Below, piece by piece: positions 1 to 7,559 of a stretch of 39,133 nucleotides of DNA. Each line of letters opens with the position of its first letter. The stretch's first letter is position 1. A program made the translations under genes and the position numbers. The DNA comes from a virus (lineage: Duplodnaviria > Caudoviricetes): IMG/VR virus record IMGVR_UViG_3300044738_000031, positions 1 through 39,133 of that record, one strand, 5' to 3'. The notes below the pieces were generated by a model that was not told the DNA's origin, made no database searches, and saw only the letters and a list, made by a program, of their open reading frames with translations.

Positions 1-14
1 CTCGGCCGCTGCGG
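1..14. repeat. Terminal direct repeat, left copy (circular overlap)
   Basis: CTCGGCCGCTGCGG at 1-14 is identical to 39120-39133; an ORF crosses the join in frame. Confidence 0.9.
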
Positions 15-84
15 CCAAGTCCTGAAGGACGGCCTCGCGCTGAACGGCTGGCGGCAGGCTGGCGAGCACCACGGGATCGATCAT
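1..84 (-). CDS. 5' part of junction-spanning 86-aa protein, candidate SOS-induced antirepressor (continues at 39119-38943)
   Basis: ATG at 84-82, AGGAGG RBS at 96-91 (6-nt spacing); first 28 codons MIDPVVLASLPPAVQREAVLQDLAAAAE; absent from the linear ORF track. Confidence 0.7.
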   Translation of the reverse strand, partial: MIDPVVLASLPPAVQREAVLQDLAAAAE

Positions 85-100
85 CGAGGTCCTCCTGAAA

Positions 101-114
101 CGAACAGCTGTTCG
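101..114. promoter_or_regulatory. LexA (SOS) box
   Basis: CGAACAGCTGTTCG, perfect palindrome matching the Gram-positive/actinobacterial CGAAC-N4-GTTCG consensus, between a minus-strand -10 and the RBS. Confidence 0.85.
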
Positions 115-119
115 ACGGA

Positions 120-137
120 CGCAGGAAGATACCTGCG
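120..137 (-). promoter_or_regulatory. Putative -10 element (TATCTT, 131-126) flanked by inverted repeat CGCAGG/CCTGCG
   Basis: TANNNT hexamer just upstream of the SOS box; no clear -35. Confidence 0.5.
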
Positions 138-243
138 CGCTCGGACGGAAGCACAGGAACCCGATCACCCCAACGCTTAGCAGGTCAGGATCGTGTGCCG
201 ATTCTGTGCACAGATCGTGACGAGCTAGGGAGGCGGGAACGTA

Positions 244-909
244 ATGACCGGGCCAGAGTCCACCGGAAAGCCGAAGAAGAAGCTGAAGCGCTGGCACAAG
301 ATCGTGCTCGGCGTGGTGGGAGTGTTCATCGTCCTGGGCATCATCGGGGCGCTCGCCGGCGGCGGCGATGACGACGGCGACCAGGCCGGCAATGAGCCCA
401 GGCGGGAGCAGCCGGCCGGGAGCACGACCACCGAGCGGCAGCCCGCGCCGGCTGCCGAGAAGCCCGCTGCTGACGACGGCGACACTGGCCGGATGAGCCA
501 GACCGAGTGGGAGCAGGCCCGTGACGCCATCTTCGATGTCAACGGCGAGCTGCGCGACTACCGCCAGCAGGTCAGCGAGCGGTGCTCGCTCATGGTCCAG
601 GCCATGCAGGTGGCCGAGGCGCTCGACTGCATCGACGACGCCTACAGCGGGGTCGAGGACAAGATGGCGCTGGCGTACGCCGACCTCGATGACCTCCAGG
701 GTGACGTCGCCAAGAAGTGTCTGCGGGCGGTCGAGATCGCGACCAACGTCGTGAACACCCCGCTCTTCCAGGCGGCGGCCGCAAGCCACCGCGAGCTCGC
801 CTCGCTGGACGGCGACCGGATCACCGCCGGCCTGGCCGAGCTCAACACGCAGTCCGCTCGCTGGGGCACGGCCTCGGGCAACGTGCTGCAGCTCTGCGCC
901 CCGGAGTAG
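244..909 (+). CDS. Membrane-anchored protein with extracellular Cys-containing helical domain
   Basis: Lys-rich N-terminus, hydrophobic helix IVLGVVGVFIVLGIIGALA, low-complexity linker, four Cys. Confidence 0.8.
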   Translation: MTGPESTGKPKKKLKRWHKIVLGVVGVFIVLGIIGALAGGGDDDGDQAGNEPRREQPAGSTTTERQPAPAAEKPAADDGDTGRMSQTEWEQARDAIFDVNGELRDYRQQVSERCSLMVQAMQVAEALDCIDDAYSGVEDKMALAYADLDDLQGDVAKKCLRAVEIATNVVNTPLFQAAAASHRELASLDGDRITAGLAELNTQSARWGTASGNVLQLCAPE

Positions 910-916
910 CGCAGCA

Positions 917-1378
917 ATGACAATCCGTTCCCGCTGGCTCGCGCCGACAGCCGCACTGATCGCCGCCAGCGCCTTGGCGCTGGTGGGATGTGGCGGCGGC
1001 TCGCCGGCGCCGGCGGCGGCGCCGGCGCCGGCGGATGCTTCGACGGGACTCCTCGATGCGATCGGGCGAGCCGTCAGCGATCTGCCCACCCGCGCGGAGG
1101 GCCTCAGCCGGTCCGACGAGCAGCAGGCGGCCGTGCAGTGGCATCAGGCGGCCGACGTCATCGCGCGCGAGGGGCGCCAGGCCGACGCCCTCCCGTGCGC
1201 TGAGCAACTGGCACTGGACTTCGAGAGCTGGACGCGCTCGAGCGCCGCGGCGTTCGATGCCCTCGCGGCCGGCAACCGCGACTACGGGCTGGCGCTCCTG
1301 AGCGACGCCACCGCTGAGGCTGAGCGCATCCTCCCGACCGTCGCTCCGTGCCGCGCCCTGGTCGATCGCGCCGGATGA
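917..1378 (+). CDS. Lipoprotein
   Basis: Signal peptide ending in lipobox LVGC, followed by PAPA linker. Confidence 0.75.
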   Translation: MTIRSRWLAPTAALIAASALALVGCGGGSPAPAAAPAPADASTGLLDAIGRAVSDLPTRAEGLSRSDEQQAAVQWHQAADVIAREGRQADALPCAEQLALDFESWTRSSAAAFDALAAGNRDYGLALLSDATAEAERILPTVAPCRALVDRAG

Positions 1379-1404
1379 ACTAGACCACTGGTGTAACGTG
1401 GAGG

Positions 1405-1442
1405 TTGCAAACGCACGTCGTGTCCTGTAACCTCTAGGACAC
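1405..1442 (+). promoter_or_regulatory. hicAB promoter with overlapping operator
   Basis: TTGCAA (1405-1410), 17-nt spacer, TAACCT (1428-1433); inverted repeat GTGTCCT-N9-AGGACAC (1420-1442). Confidence 0.75.
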
Positions 1443-1443
1443 A

Positions 1444-1638
1444 ATGAAGGTCCGGGACGCCATCGACATCATCAGCCGCGACGGCTGGTACCAGGTGAAG
1501 CAGGTGGGCAGCCACCGCCAGTTCAAGCACCCGGTCAAGCCCGGCAAGGTGACGGTGGCGGGCAAGGCGAGCGCCGACCTGGCGCCGGGGACCCTGGCGA
1601 GCATCTTCCGCCAGGCACAGATCGAGAGGGAGGGGTGA
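1444..1638 (+). CDS. hicA: HicA family mRNA interferase toxin
   Basis: 64 aa; DGWYQVKQVGSHRQFKHP...GKVTV...DLAPGTLASIFRQA is the canonical HicA pattern. Confidence 0.95.
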   Translation: MKVRDAIDIISRDGWYQVKQVGSHRQFKHPVKPGKVTVAGKASADLAPGTLASIFRQAQIEREG

Positions 1639-1841
1639 TGCGGACGTTCGCGGTCGTGCTCGAGCAGACGGAGTCGGGCTACTCGGCCTACGTGCCGGAG
1701 CTGCCGGGCTGCGTCGCGGCCGGTGACACGCGTGACGAGACCCTGGAGCTCATGCGCGGCGCCATCGAGCTCCACCTCGAGGACGAGGACCCGGACGCGA
1801 CGGTGCCACCGCCGCCCGAGGTGCTCGCCCTGGTGGTCTAG
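1635..1841 (+). CDS. hicB: HicB family antitoxin, short form
   Basis: YSAYVPELPGCVAAGDTRDE motif; overlaps hicA stop. Confidence 0.93.
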   Translation: MMRTFAVVLEQTESGYSAYVPELPGCVAAGDTRDETLELMRGAIELHLEDEDPDATVPPPPEVLALVV

Positions 1842-1843
1842 CG

Positions 1844-2089
1844 GTGGGTCAGCCCGACCTGCGGTCTGTCGGCACCGCCGCGCGGCGCGCGGCCAAGCTG
1901 GCCGAGCGCGCCGAGGAGGCGATGCGCGAGCGCGACGAGCTGATCGTCGAGGCCATCCGCTCCGGCGCGACCACGCGCCAGATCGCCGAGGCGGCCGAGA
2001 TCAGCGCCGTGCAGGTGAGCCGGATCGGCCGGCGCGTCCTGCCGGCCCGGCCGCGGAGGGAACGCGTACAGGTGACTCCCAGTGGCTGA
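1844..2089 (+). CDS. Small HTH DNA-binding protein
   Basis: RDELIVEAIRSGATTRQIAEAAEISAVQVSRI helix-turn-helix pattern. Confidence 0.75.
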   Translation: MGQPDLRSVGTAARRAAKLAERAEEAMRERDELIVEAIRSGATTRQIAEAAEISAVQVSRIGRRVLPARPRRERVQVTPSG

Positions 2090-2504
2090 CAAGCCGAAGC
2101 CCACGAACCCCGGACTCATCGGCTACCTGACTGAGAACGCTGAGGGCATCGCCGAGGCCGGGGAGGCGCAGAAGGCCCGAACCCGAGAGGCTTTGGCACC
2201 GGCGCGCGCCCGCAGTGCGGGCTACAGGCCCGAGTACCGAGCGCCCGGTGCGCCGGCGCTGACGCCCACAGGCATGGAGTACCGGGTCGACGTGATGCGG
2301 TCATCGCTCGTCGGCGATCGCGTCGACGGAGCGGACCTCGAGGCGCTGCTGAACGCGCGGGCTCAGGAGGGCTGGATGCTGCGCCACATCGTCGAGACCG
2401 AGGTGAAGGGGCGTGTCGGGCCGGGGGGCACGATGGGCCTGCTCATCGTCTGGGAGCGCCGAGTTGCGACCGCGGAGCCGGACTCGGAGGCCACCTCGCC
2501 GTGA
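2082..2504 (+). CDS. DUF4177-like protein
   Basis: MEYRV...LEALLNARAQEGWML...LIVWER pattern; start uncertain. Confidence 0.7.
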   Translation: MADKPKPTNPGLIGYLTENAEGIAEAGEAQKARTREALAPARARSAGYRPEYRAPGAPALTPTGMEYRVDVMRSSLVGDRVDGADLEALLNARAQEGWMLRHIVETEVKGRVGPGGTMGLLIVWERRVATAEPDSEATSP

Positions 2505-2767
2505 ACCGCCCGACCGAGTTCGGGCCCGAGGCGCACATCGTTAAGGCATCGAGCGCGGCGGCCGCGCTGCGCTCCTCGGTGGCGCACTTCGGGCGGCGGA
2601 CCAACGCGGGCGGCTGGACCCCGATGTGCGGGGTCTACCCCGGCGAGTGGCGCCCGCTCGAGCCGGACGAGTTCCCGCACTACCGGACGTGCGAGCGGTG
2701 TCGCTACCAGGCGCCCGACGCCCCAGTGCTCGAGGGCGGCCAGGCTCCACAACGAGGAGGAGGGCCC

Positions 2768-3154
2768 ATGAGCCACCCGCTGCAGTGGAGCCGCGCCGAG
2801 ATCGGCTGGGCCCCTGACGGGGGCTACAGGATCACGATTCCGCACTGGCTCGAATCGCGCGCGACCTCCGAACTCGACGAGCGGCTAAAGAACGCTCTTC
2901 GCAAGGCGGGCGCCACCGGGTGGCACGTCGGCGAGCTCAAGCACGGCGAGATGACCAGGACCGGGGGCGGCGCCAACTTCGACCCCGGCTGGGTCGTCTT
3001 CGTCGGCGAGAGCTTGGCCGAGATCGACCCCGTCGCGCTCCGGGAGGCCGTCAACGCCGCCGCGCTCGAGGCCTCGCAGGTCGCGGCGAGGCTCGACGCC
3101 GATGCGCAGGCCCACGCGGACCGGATCTTCGACGTGTGGCGCGAGGCCGGGTGA
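2768..3154 (+). CDS. Hypothetical protein
   Basis: AGGAGG RBS before ATG 2768; frame is open from GTG 2501, so a longer form with CxxC is possible. Confidence 0.6.
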   Translation: MSHPLQWSRAEIGWAPDGGYRITIPHWLESRATSELDERLKNALRKAGATGWHVGELKHGEMTRTGGGANFDPGWVVFVGESLAEIDPVALREAVNAAALEASQVAARLDADAQAHADRIFDVWREAG

Positions 3155-3204
3155 CCACCGTGCACCCCACCCGGCGTCGGCCGGGAGCCCTACACTCGGG
3201 CGCG

Positions 3205-3816
3205 ATGGCCCTGGCCAGCGTCCCCGCCGGTGAGCCGCCCGAGGTACCGCCCCCCGGCGTCGGCGCGCGTCCGGCCGGGATGCCGCAGCCGGTGGCCGCG
3301 ACGAGCGGGCCCTATCCGGAGGCGTCCGACCTGGCGCACGCGCTCGACGTGATCCGGGCTCGCTTCGACGAGGAGTACCGGATCACCGAGCGCCTCGACG
3401 CCAAGCAGCGCCAGGCGGCGACCCAGGCCGGTGGCCTCTTCGCGATCGTGCAGACGATCGCGTTCGCGGTCTTCACCGACCCGGCCGCCCCGACGTTCTG
3501 GCGGGCGCTGCTGGTCGCCCTGATCGTCTGCGCCGCAGGCGCGCTGGCCATCATGGTCTTCCGCTTGCACGGAGCCGAGAGCCTCCGGCCCGAGACCACA
3601 ATCGACACCAGCCGGGTCTTCGACTGGTGCCAAGAGGCCAACGGACCCGAGTACGTGACGATGCGACTGATCACGAGCTTGGACGGAATCGTGAGAGCGC
3701 GGGGGGCGAGCAACGACGCCCGCGCCAAGCGGGCGCAGCAGGTCCAGCGCGCCGCCCTCTGGGCGCTCGCCTTCTCGAGCGCCGAGCTCGCACTGGCCAT
3801 CGCCCTGAGGATCTGA
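3205..3816 (+). CDS. Three-TM membrane protein resembling Pycsar-effector/DUF5706-like topology
   Basis: ERLDAK, two hydrophobic helices, soluble loop, NDARAK, C-terminal hydrophobic helix; TACACT -10 at 3191-3196 suggests a leaderless transcript. Confidence 0.7.
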   Translation: MALASVPAGEPPEVPPPGVGARPAGMPQPVAATSGPYPEASDLAHALDVIRARFDEEYRITERLDAKQRQAATQAGGLFAIVQTIAFAVFTDPAAPTFWRALLVALIVCAAGALAIMVFRLHGAESLRPETTIDTSRVFDWCQEANGPEYVTMRLITSLDGIVRARGASNDARAKRAQQVQRAALWALAFSSAELALAIALRI

Positions 3817-3818
3817 CC

Positions 3819-4820
3819 GTGAGCATTCAGAACGACCCCCCAGAGGACCCGCCTCCCGACGACGATGTCGAGGGCGAGCCCGCCGACGAGGAGCTCGGGT
3901 ACCAGTTCGTCGGGCGCCGGCAGTTCCCCGAGGACGATCCCCGCGCTCGTGTGCAGCGGCACTACCTCCAGGCCGGCGACCTCGCCGAGGCACCTCTGCT
4001 CGTGACCGTCGCCGGCGGCGACGTGGCGTCCGACTACGCGCCGGCGAACCTCATCGGCAAGGTCACCGGTCTGGTGAGCGGGCTGCTCCGGGGCCTGATG
4101 GGCGGGTATGAGCCCATGTTCTACGGAGCGATCGCTGGCGCTTCGATGCGCCTCATCTTCGGCGATCCCGTCCACGAGGGGCTCGAGCTGCAGTTCCCGG
4201 TCGACGCCACCGAGGAGAGCGCGGCGCGAGTCTCGCGGCTCTTCGAGCTCGACGGCGACGAGCTCCTCGCCGCCGCCATTCGACTCGGCGAGGTGGCGCC
4301 TCAGTACTCGGCCCTCGTCCAGCTCGTCGAAAGCGAGGACATCATCATGAGCTGGCGGCCCAGGAGCCAGCCCGAGCGAGTCCTGCGCCCGCTGCACGCG
4401 ACGACCCAGCGGCGCGTGCTGTCCCAGCCTCCGCCTTTCACCGAGCGCCAGCTCACGGTGAACGGGATCCTCTACCGGGTCATCACGCCCGACGACGATG
4501 CAGAAGACGCGCGCGGGGGCCTCGGGCTGCGCCTTTTCGGGTGGTCGGCGCGCCCGAGCGGCCACACCCGCAAGGGCTTGCTCGCCAGTTACGACTCCCC
4601 CGAGATCACCCGCCTAATCAACGAGCGCGGCCTGCTCGGCAAGCCCGTCGAGGCGGTGCTCCGGATCCGGACCCCGAAGCCGGGCGCCAGCGTCGACCCC
4701 AAGTGGGTGAGGCGGGATTACATCGAGCTTCGAGAGGGGCGGCCCGAGGACGAGCTGCTCGGGCGGCTCCCCTTCGACGTTGAGACCGAGGGCTACGACG
4801 ACGAGGAGCCGGAGCTCTAG
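3819..4820 (+). CDS. Soluble 333-aa protein, acidic termini, possible C-terminal OB-like beta domain
   Basis: GTG 2 nt after the upstream stop; globular composition. Confidence 0.75.
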   Translation: MSIQNDPPEDPPPDDDVEGEPADEELGYQFVGRRQFPEDDPRARVQRHYLQAGDLAEAPLLVTVAGGDVASDYAPANLIGKVTGLVSGLLRGLMGGYEPMFYGAIAGASMRLIFGDPVHEGLELQFPVDATEESAARVSRLFELDGDELLAAAIRLGEVAPQYSALVQLVESEDIIMSWRPRSQPERVLRPLHATTQRRVLSQPPPFTERQLTVNGILYRVITPDDDAEDARGGLGLRLFGWSARPSGHTRKGLLASYDSPEITRLINERGLLGKPVEAVLRIRTPKPGASVDPKWVRRDYIELREGRPEDELLGRLPFDVETEGYDDEEPEL

Positions 4821-5140
4821 CGCCCCGCGGGGTTGGCGCCGCCAGTGCGACGCTGCGCCAGGACTGCGCTGAGCTGCGCCACGACGTCGGGATCGTCGAC
4901 GCGCCGCACCTGCTCGAGGAGGTCCTCCCAGCTCACCGGCTGGTCGGCCTCGCCCTGGCGGGCCTCCCACTTCTGCCAGCCGACCAGGAAGCGATCGGCC
5001 AGCTTCAGGACGACGGCCGCGCCTGCGACGAGGCCCGCCGCCTGCGGTCCGCTGATCTCGGCGCCGACCGCCAGGCCGGCCACGCCGAGGCCGACGATGG
5101 AGCCGCCCAGCGCCACGATGCGGTTCGGCGTCCAGCTCAT
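4817..5140 (-). CDS. Putative holin
   Basis: Two N-terminal hydrophobic segments, charged tail, downstream of endolysin. Confidence 0.65.
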   Translation of the reverse strand: MSWTPNRIVALGGSIVGLGVAGLAVGAEISGPQAAGLVAGAAVVLKLADRFLVGWQKWEARQGEADQPVSWEDLLEQVRRVDDPDVVAQLSAVLAQRRTGGANPAGR

Positions 5141-5295
5141 GCCACACCCGCCTCTCGGGCGGCCGCCAGCGCGTCGGCGGCCGACACGTCGGCCGGCTCG
5201 GCCGGCGGCGCCTCGATCGCCGCGAAGTCCAGATCGGCGTCCGGCGGCTCCTCGATGGGCTCGACGTCGTCGCTGTGCTGGCGCGGGTCGCTCAT
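5137..5295 (-). CDS. Small acidic protein (52 aa)
   Basis: AGGAGG RBS, ATG 5295, ATGA overlap with holin. Confidence 0.6.
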   Translation of the reverse strand: MSDPRQHSDDVEPIEEPPDADLDFAAIEAPPAEPADVSAADALAAAREAGVA

Positions 5296-5305
5296 GGCGT
5301 CCTCC

Positions 5306-6097
5306 TCAGGTGGTCTTGCCGAGCGCCTCGGCCGCGCCCTGGGGGGCGCGCGGCATGCGCTCGGTTCGGTACGGGCGAAGCTGCCGGCCGAGCCGGCGCT
5401 CGAGCTTGGCCCGCACGGCGTCGCGGACGGCCCTGCCGCCGCCGCCGGCCCAGGGGCCGTAGTGGCGCGGCTCGCCGACCCGCAGCGCGAGGTCTCCGCC
5501 GCCGAGGGCAACGACCTTCGCGCGGGCTCGCGTCGCCGGCTCCAGACGGCTGAGGGCGTTGTCGGCGTAGGCCCGCCGCTTCCACCGGCCGATGACCTCG
5601 TAGCGGGCGGCGACGTCCTCCAGCCAGAACAGCGGCTGGGCGACGACCTCCGCGGCGATGTCCTCGAGCCCCGGCGGTCCGAAGACCACGGCGCCGGCGA
5701 GCGCGCGGGTGCGCCAGCGCACGCCGTCCTCGGTGTTCCCGCCGATGGTCCGCCAGACGCCTGCGCCCATCGGCGAGTGGAGGAGCTCCACGTGGGTGCC
5801 GCACCAGGCGATCGCCGCGCCTGGGCGCGGCGAGCACACCAGGCCCTCGCGCTCGGCGGTCTGGCACATGATCGCGACCGACGGCGAGGCGATCCGCTGC
5901 GCGAGCGCCCGCTCCAGGCCGGCGTGCTGCCAGGTCCAGCAGACGAAGGCGCCGCACCAGGCCCAGCCGGTGCCGGCCAGGTAGGTCGACGCCTGGTACT
6001 CGCCGACCTCCCGGCCGCGATTCGATCCGGGCGGGGCCTCGACGGTCCCGATCTCGGCCTCGGCGACGCGCAGGATGCGCTCGGCGAGCGTGCTCAT
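5306..6097 (-). CDS. Endolysin, CHAP-type peptidase domain
   Basis: AEAEIGTVEAPPGSN, AWCGAFVCW (catalytic Cys), HVEL (His), TIGGNT. Confidence 0.9.
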   Translation of the reverse strand: MSTLAERILRVAEAEIGTVEAPPGSNRGREVGEYQASTYLAGTGWAWCGAFVCWTWQHAGLERALAQRIASPSVAIMCQTAEREGLVCSPRPGAAIAWCGTHVELLHSPMGAGVWRTIGGNTEDGVRWRTRALAGAVVFGPPGLEDIAAEVVAQPLFWLEDVAARYEVIGRWKRRAYADNALSRLEPATRARAKVVALGGGDLALRVGEPRHYGPWAGGGGRAVRDAVRAKLERRLGRQLRPYRTERMPRAPQGAAEALGKTT

Positions 6098-6125
6098 CTC
6101 GGCCTCCCGTGATGTTTGGAAAACG

Positions 6126-6932
6126 TCATTGCGCCGCGGGCGGCGGCGGCGCGGTGGCCGCCTCGAGCGCGGCCACGCGGGCTTCCAGCGCGGCGATCCG
6201 GGCGCTGTCGCTAGCGGCCTGCGCCTCGAGGGCCGCCAGCCGCGCGTCCTGCGCGGCGTCGGCAGCTGCGCCGGCCGCCGCGAGCGCGTCGATCGCTCCC
6301 TGGAGCGGCGCCGGGTCGAAGGCCGGGCCGGCGGGCCCCTGCGGACCGGCGGGTCCGGTGACCGTCTGGCCGTCGGCGCCCGGCTCACCCTTCTCGCCAG
6401 GGTCGCCCTTGGCCCCAGGGTCGCCCTTGTCACCCTTGGGCCCCGGCGGCCCCTCGGGTCCCTCGCCGCCGGGAGGCCCGGCCGGCCCCACGCCGCCCAC
6501 TTGGCCGGCCGGCCCGGTCGCCCCGCGAAGGCCCTGGATCGGCATCGGCGCCGAGAGGCCCGTGTTCACGAGCCGCGCGCAGCGCGTCCCCGACAGGCGC
6601 GGGCTCCCCCCGAGCGAGCGCACCACGAGCGCCAGCGTGCGGGCGTTGGCGTTCTGATTGGCGCAGAGCGCGCCGAGCGCCTTGGCCTGCACGCGGTCGG
6701 CGCGCTTACTCGCCGCATCGGCCTTCACCGCCGCCATCGCCGCCGTCTCTGCGGCGCCCTTTGCATTCACACCAGCGTCGCGGGCGAGCCAGAGCGAGAG
6801 CGAGAGGCCCCCGTAGGAACCCACGAGCAGGAGCACCACGAGCCAGAGCGGCACGGTGGAGCGTCGCTCGCGCCGGTCCTGTTGGGTCGGCGTCTCGCGT
6901 CGCTCGGGGCCGTGGTATGGCGGCCGGCTCAT
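6126..6932 (-). CDS. Membrane-anchored collagen-like protein
   Basis: N-terminal TM, long Gly-X-Y run (GPKGDKGDPGAKGDPGEKGEPG), C-terminal heptads RIAALEARVAALE. Confidence 0.85.
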   Translation of the reverse strand: MSRPPYHGPERRETPTQQDRRERRSTVPLWLVVLLLVGSYGGLSLSLWLARDAGVNAKGAAETAAMAAVKADAASKRADRVQAKALGALCANQNANARTLALVVRSLGGSPRLSGTRCARLVNTGLSAPMPIQGLRGATGPAGQVGGVGPAGPPGGEGPEGPPGPKGDKGDPGAKGDPGEKGEPGADGQTVTGPAGPQGPAGPAFDPAPLQGAIDALAAAGAAADAAQDARLAALEAQAASDSARIAALEARVAALEAATAPPPPAAQ

Positions 6933-7066
6933 AGCCGCCCGGCCAGCACGACGAGCAGGAGCAGGCACAGCGCCACGGCCTCGGCCAGGCACACCCACAA
7001 GGCCAGGTCGCGGGCCCGCTTGGCCTGGGCCAGGGCAGCCAGAAGGCGGCGGTTCGGGCGGCTCAC
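6929..7066 (-). CDS. Small single-TM protein
   Basis: GTGA/ATGA overlaps at both ends; hydrophobic C-terminal half. Confidence 0.55.
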   Translation of the reverse strand: MSRPNRRLLAALAQAKRARDLALWVCLAEAVALCLLLLVVLAGRL

Positions 7067-7206
7067 CTGCTCTCCCGCCGCGAGAGGCCGACCGTGGCGA
7101 CGACCGTGAACATGCCCGAGAGGGCGGCGATAAGGCCGGGGTTTCGCAGCGACGGCACGATCGCGAAGGCCAGGAGCAGCGCCAGGCCGACCACGGCGAG
7201 GATCAC
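7063..7206 (-). CDS. Small two-TM protein, holin-like; start uncertain
   Basis: VILAVVGLALLLAFAIVPSLRNPGLIAALSGMFTVVATVGLSRRESR; not in ORF track. Confidence 0.55.
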   Translation of the reverse strand: MILAVVGLALLLAFAIVPSLRNPGLIAALSGMFTVVATVGLSRRESR

Positions 7207-7317
7207 CGGCCAGATCGTGTCGAAGGCCTCCCGTAGCGCACGGGCGCGCTCGGCCAGCGAGGGCCGGTGCGGCGAGGGCCCCGGATACGGGCTGGGGTGA
7301 CGGGGGCACAGGGTGAT

Positions 7318-7551
7318 CTACCCCGCTGCCGGCGGTGTGACGGAGGGCACGATCGTCGAACTCAGGGCGAGCGACGCCTGGGCGTGCGCCTCGGCCAGCG
7401 CGATCCGCTGCTGGTCCAGGGCCACGAGCGCGTCCAGCTTCTTGGCCGGCAGTGCGGCGAGCGCCACGTCGACGGCGCTCAGCAGCTCGTGCGCGCGCGC
7501 AGCGTGCGACGCCGCCCACTCCTGAAGAGTGGCGGGAGGGACCAGGGCCAT
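7318..7551 (-). CDS. Hypothetical helical protein
   Basis: GGAGG RBS and ATG 7551. Confidence 0.6.
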   Translation of the reverse strand: MALVPPATLQEWAASHAARAHELLSAVDVALAALPAKKLDALVALDQQRIALAEAHAQASLALSSTIVPSVTPPAAG

Positions 7552-7559
7552 GCGACCTC

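Noticed and set aside
1-14. Terminal 14-bp repeat as attL/attR
   Set aside because: It lies inside an ORF far from int, and a better attP with arm sites exists at 31156-31362; circular overlap is more likely.
3205-4820. Canonical Pycsar or CBASS system
   Set aside because: No cyclase or nucleotidyltransferase motif visible in the partner.
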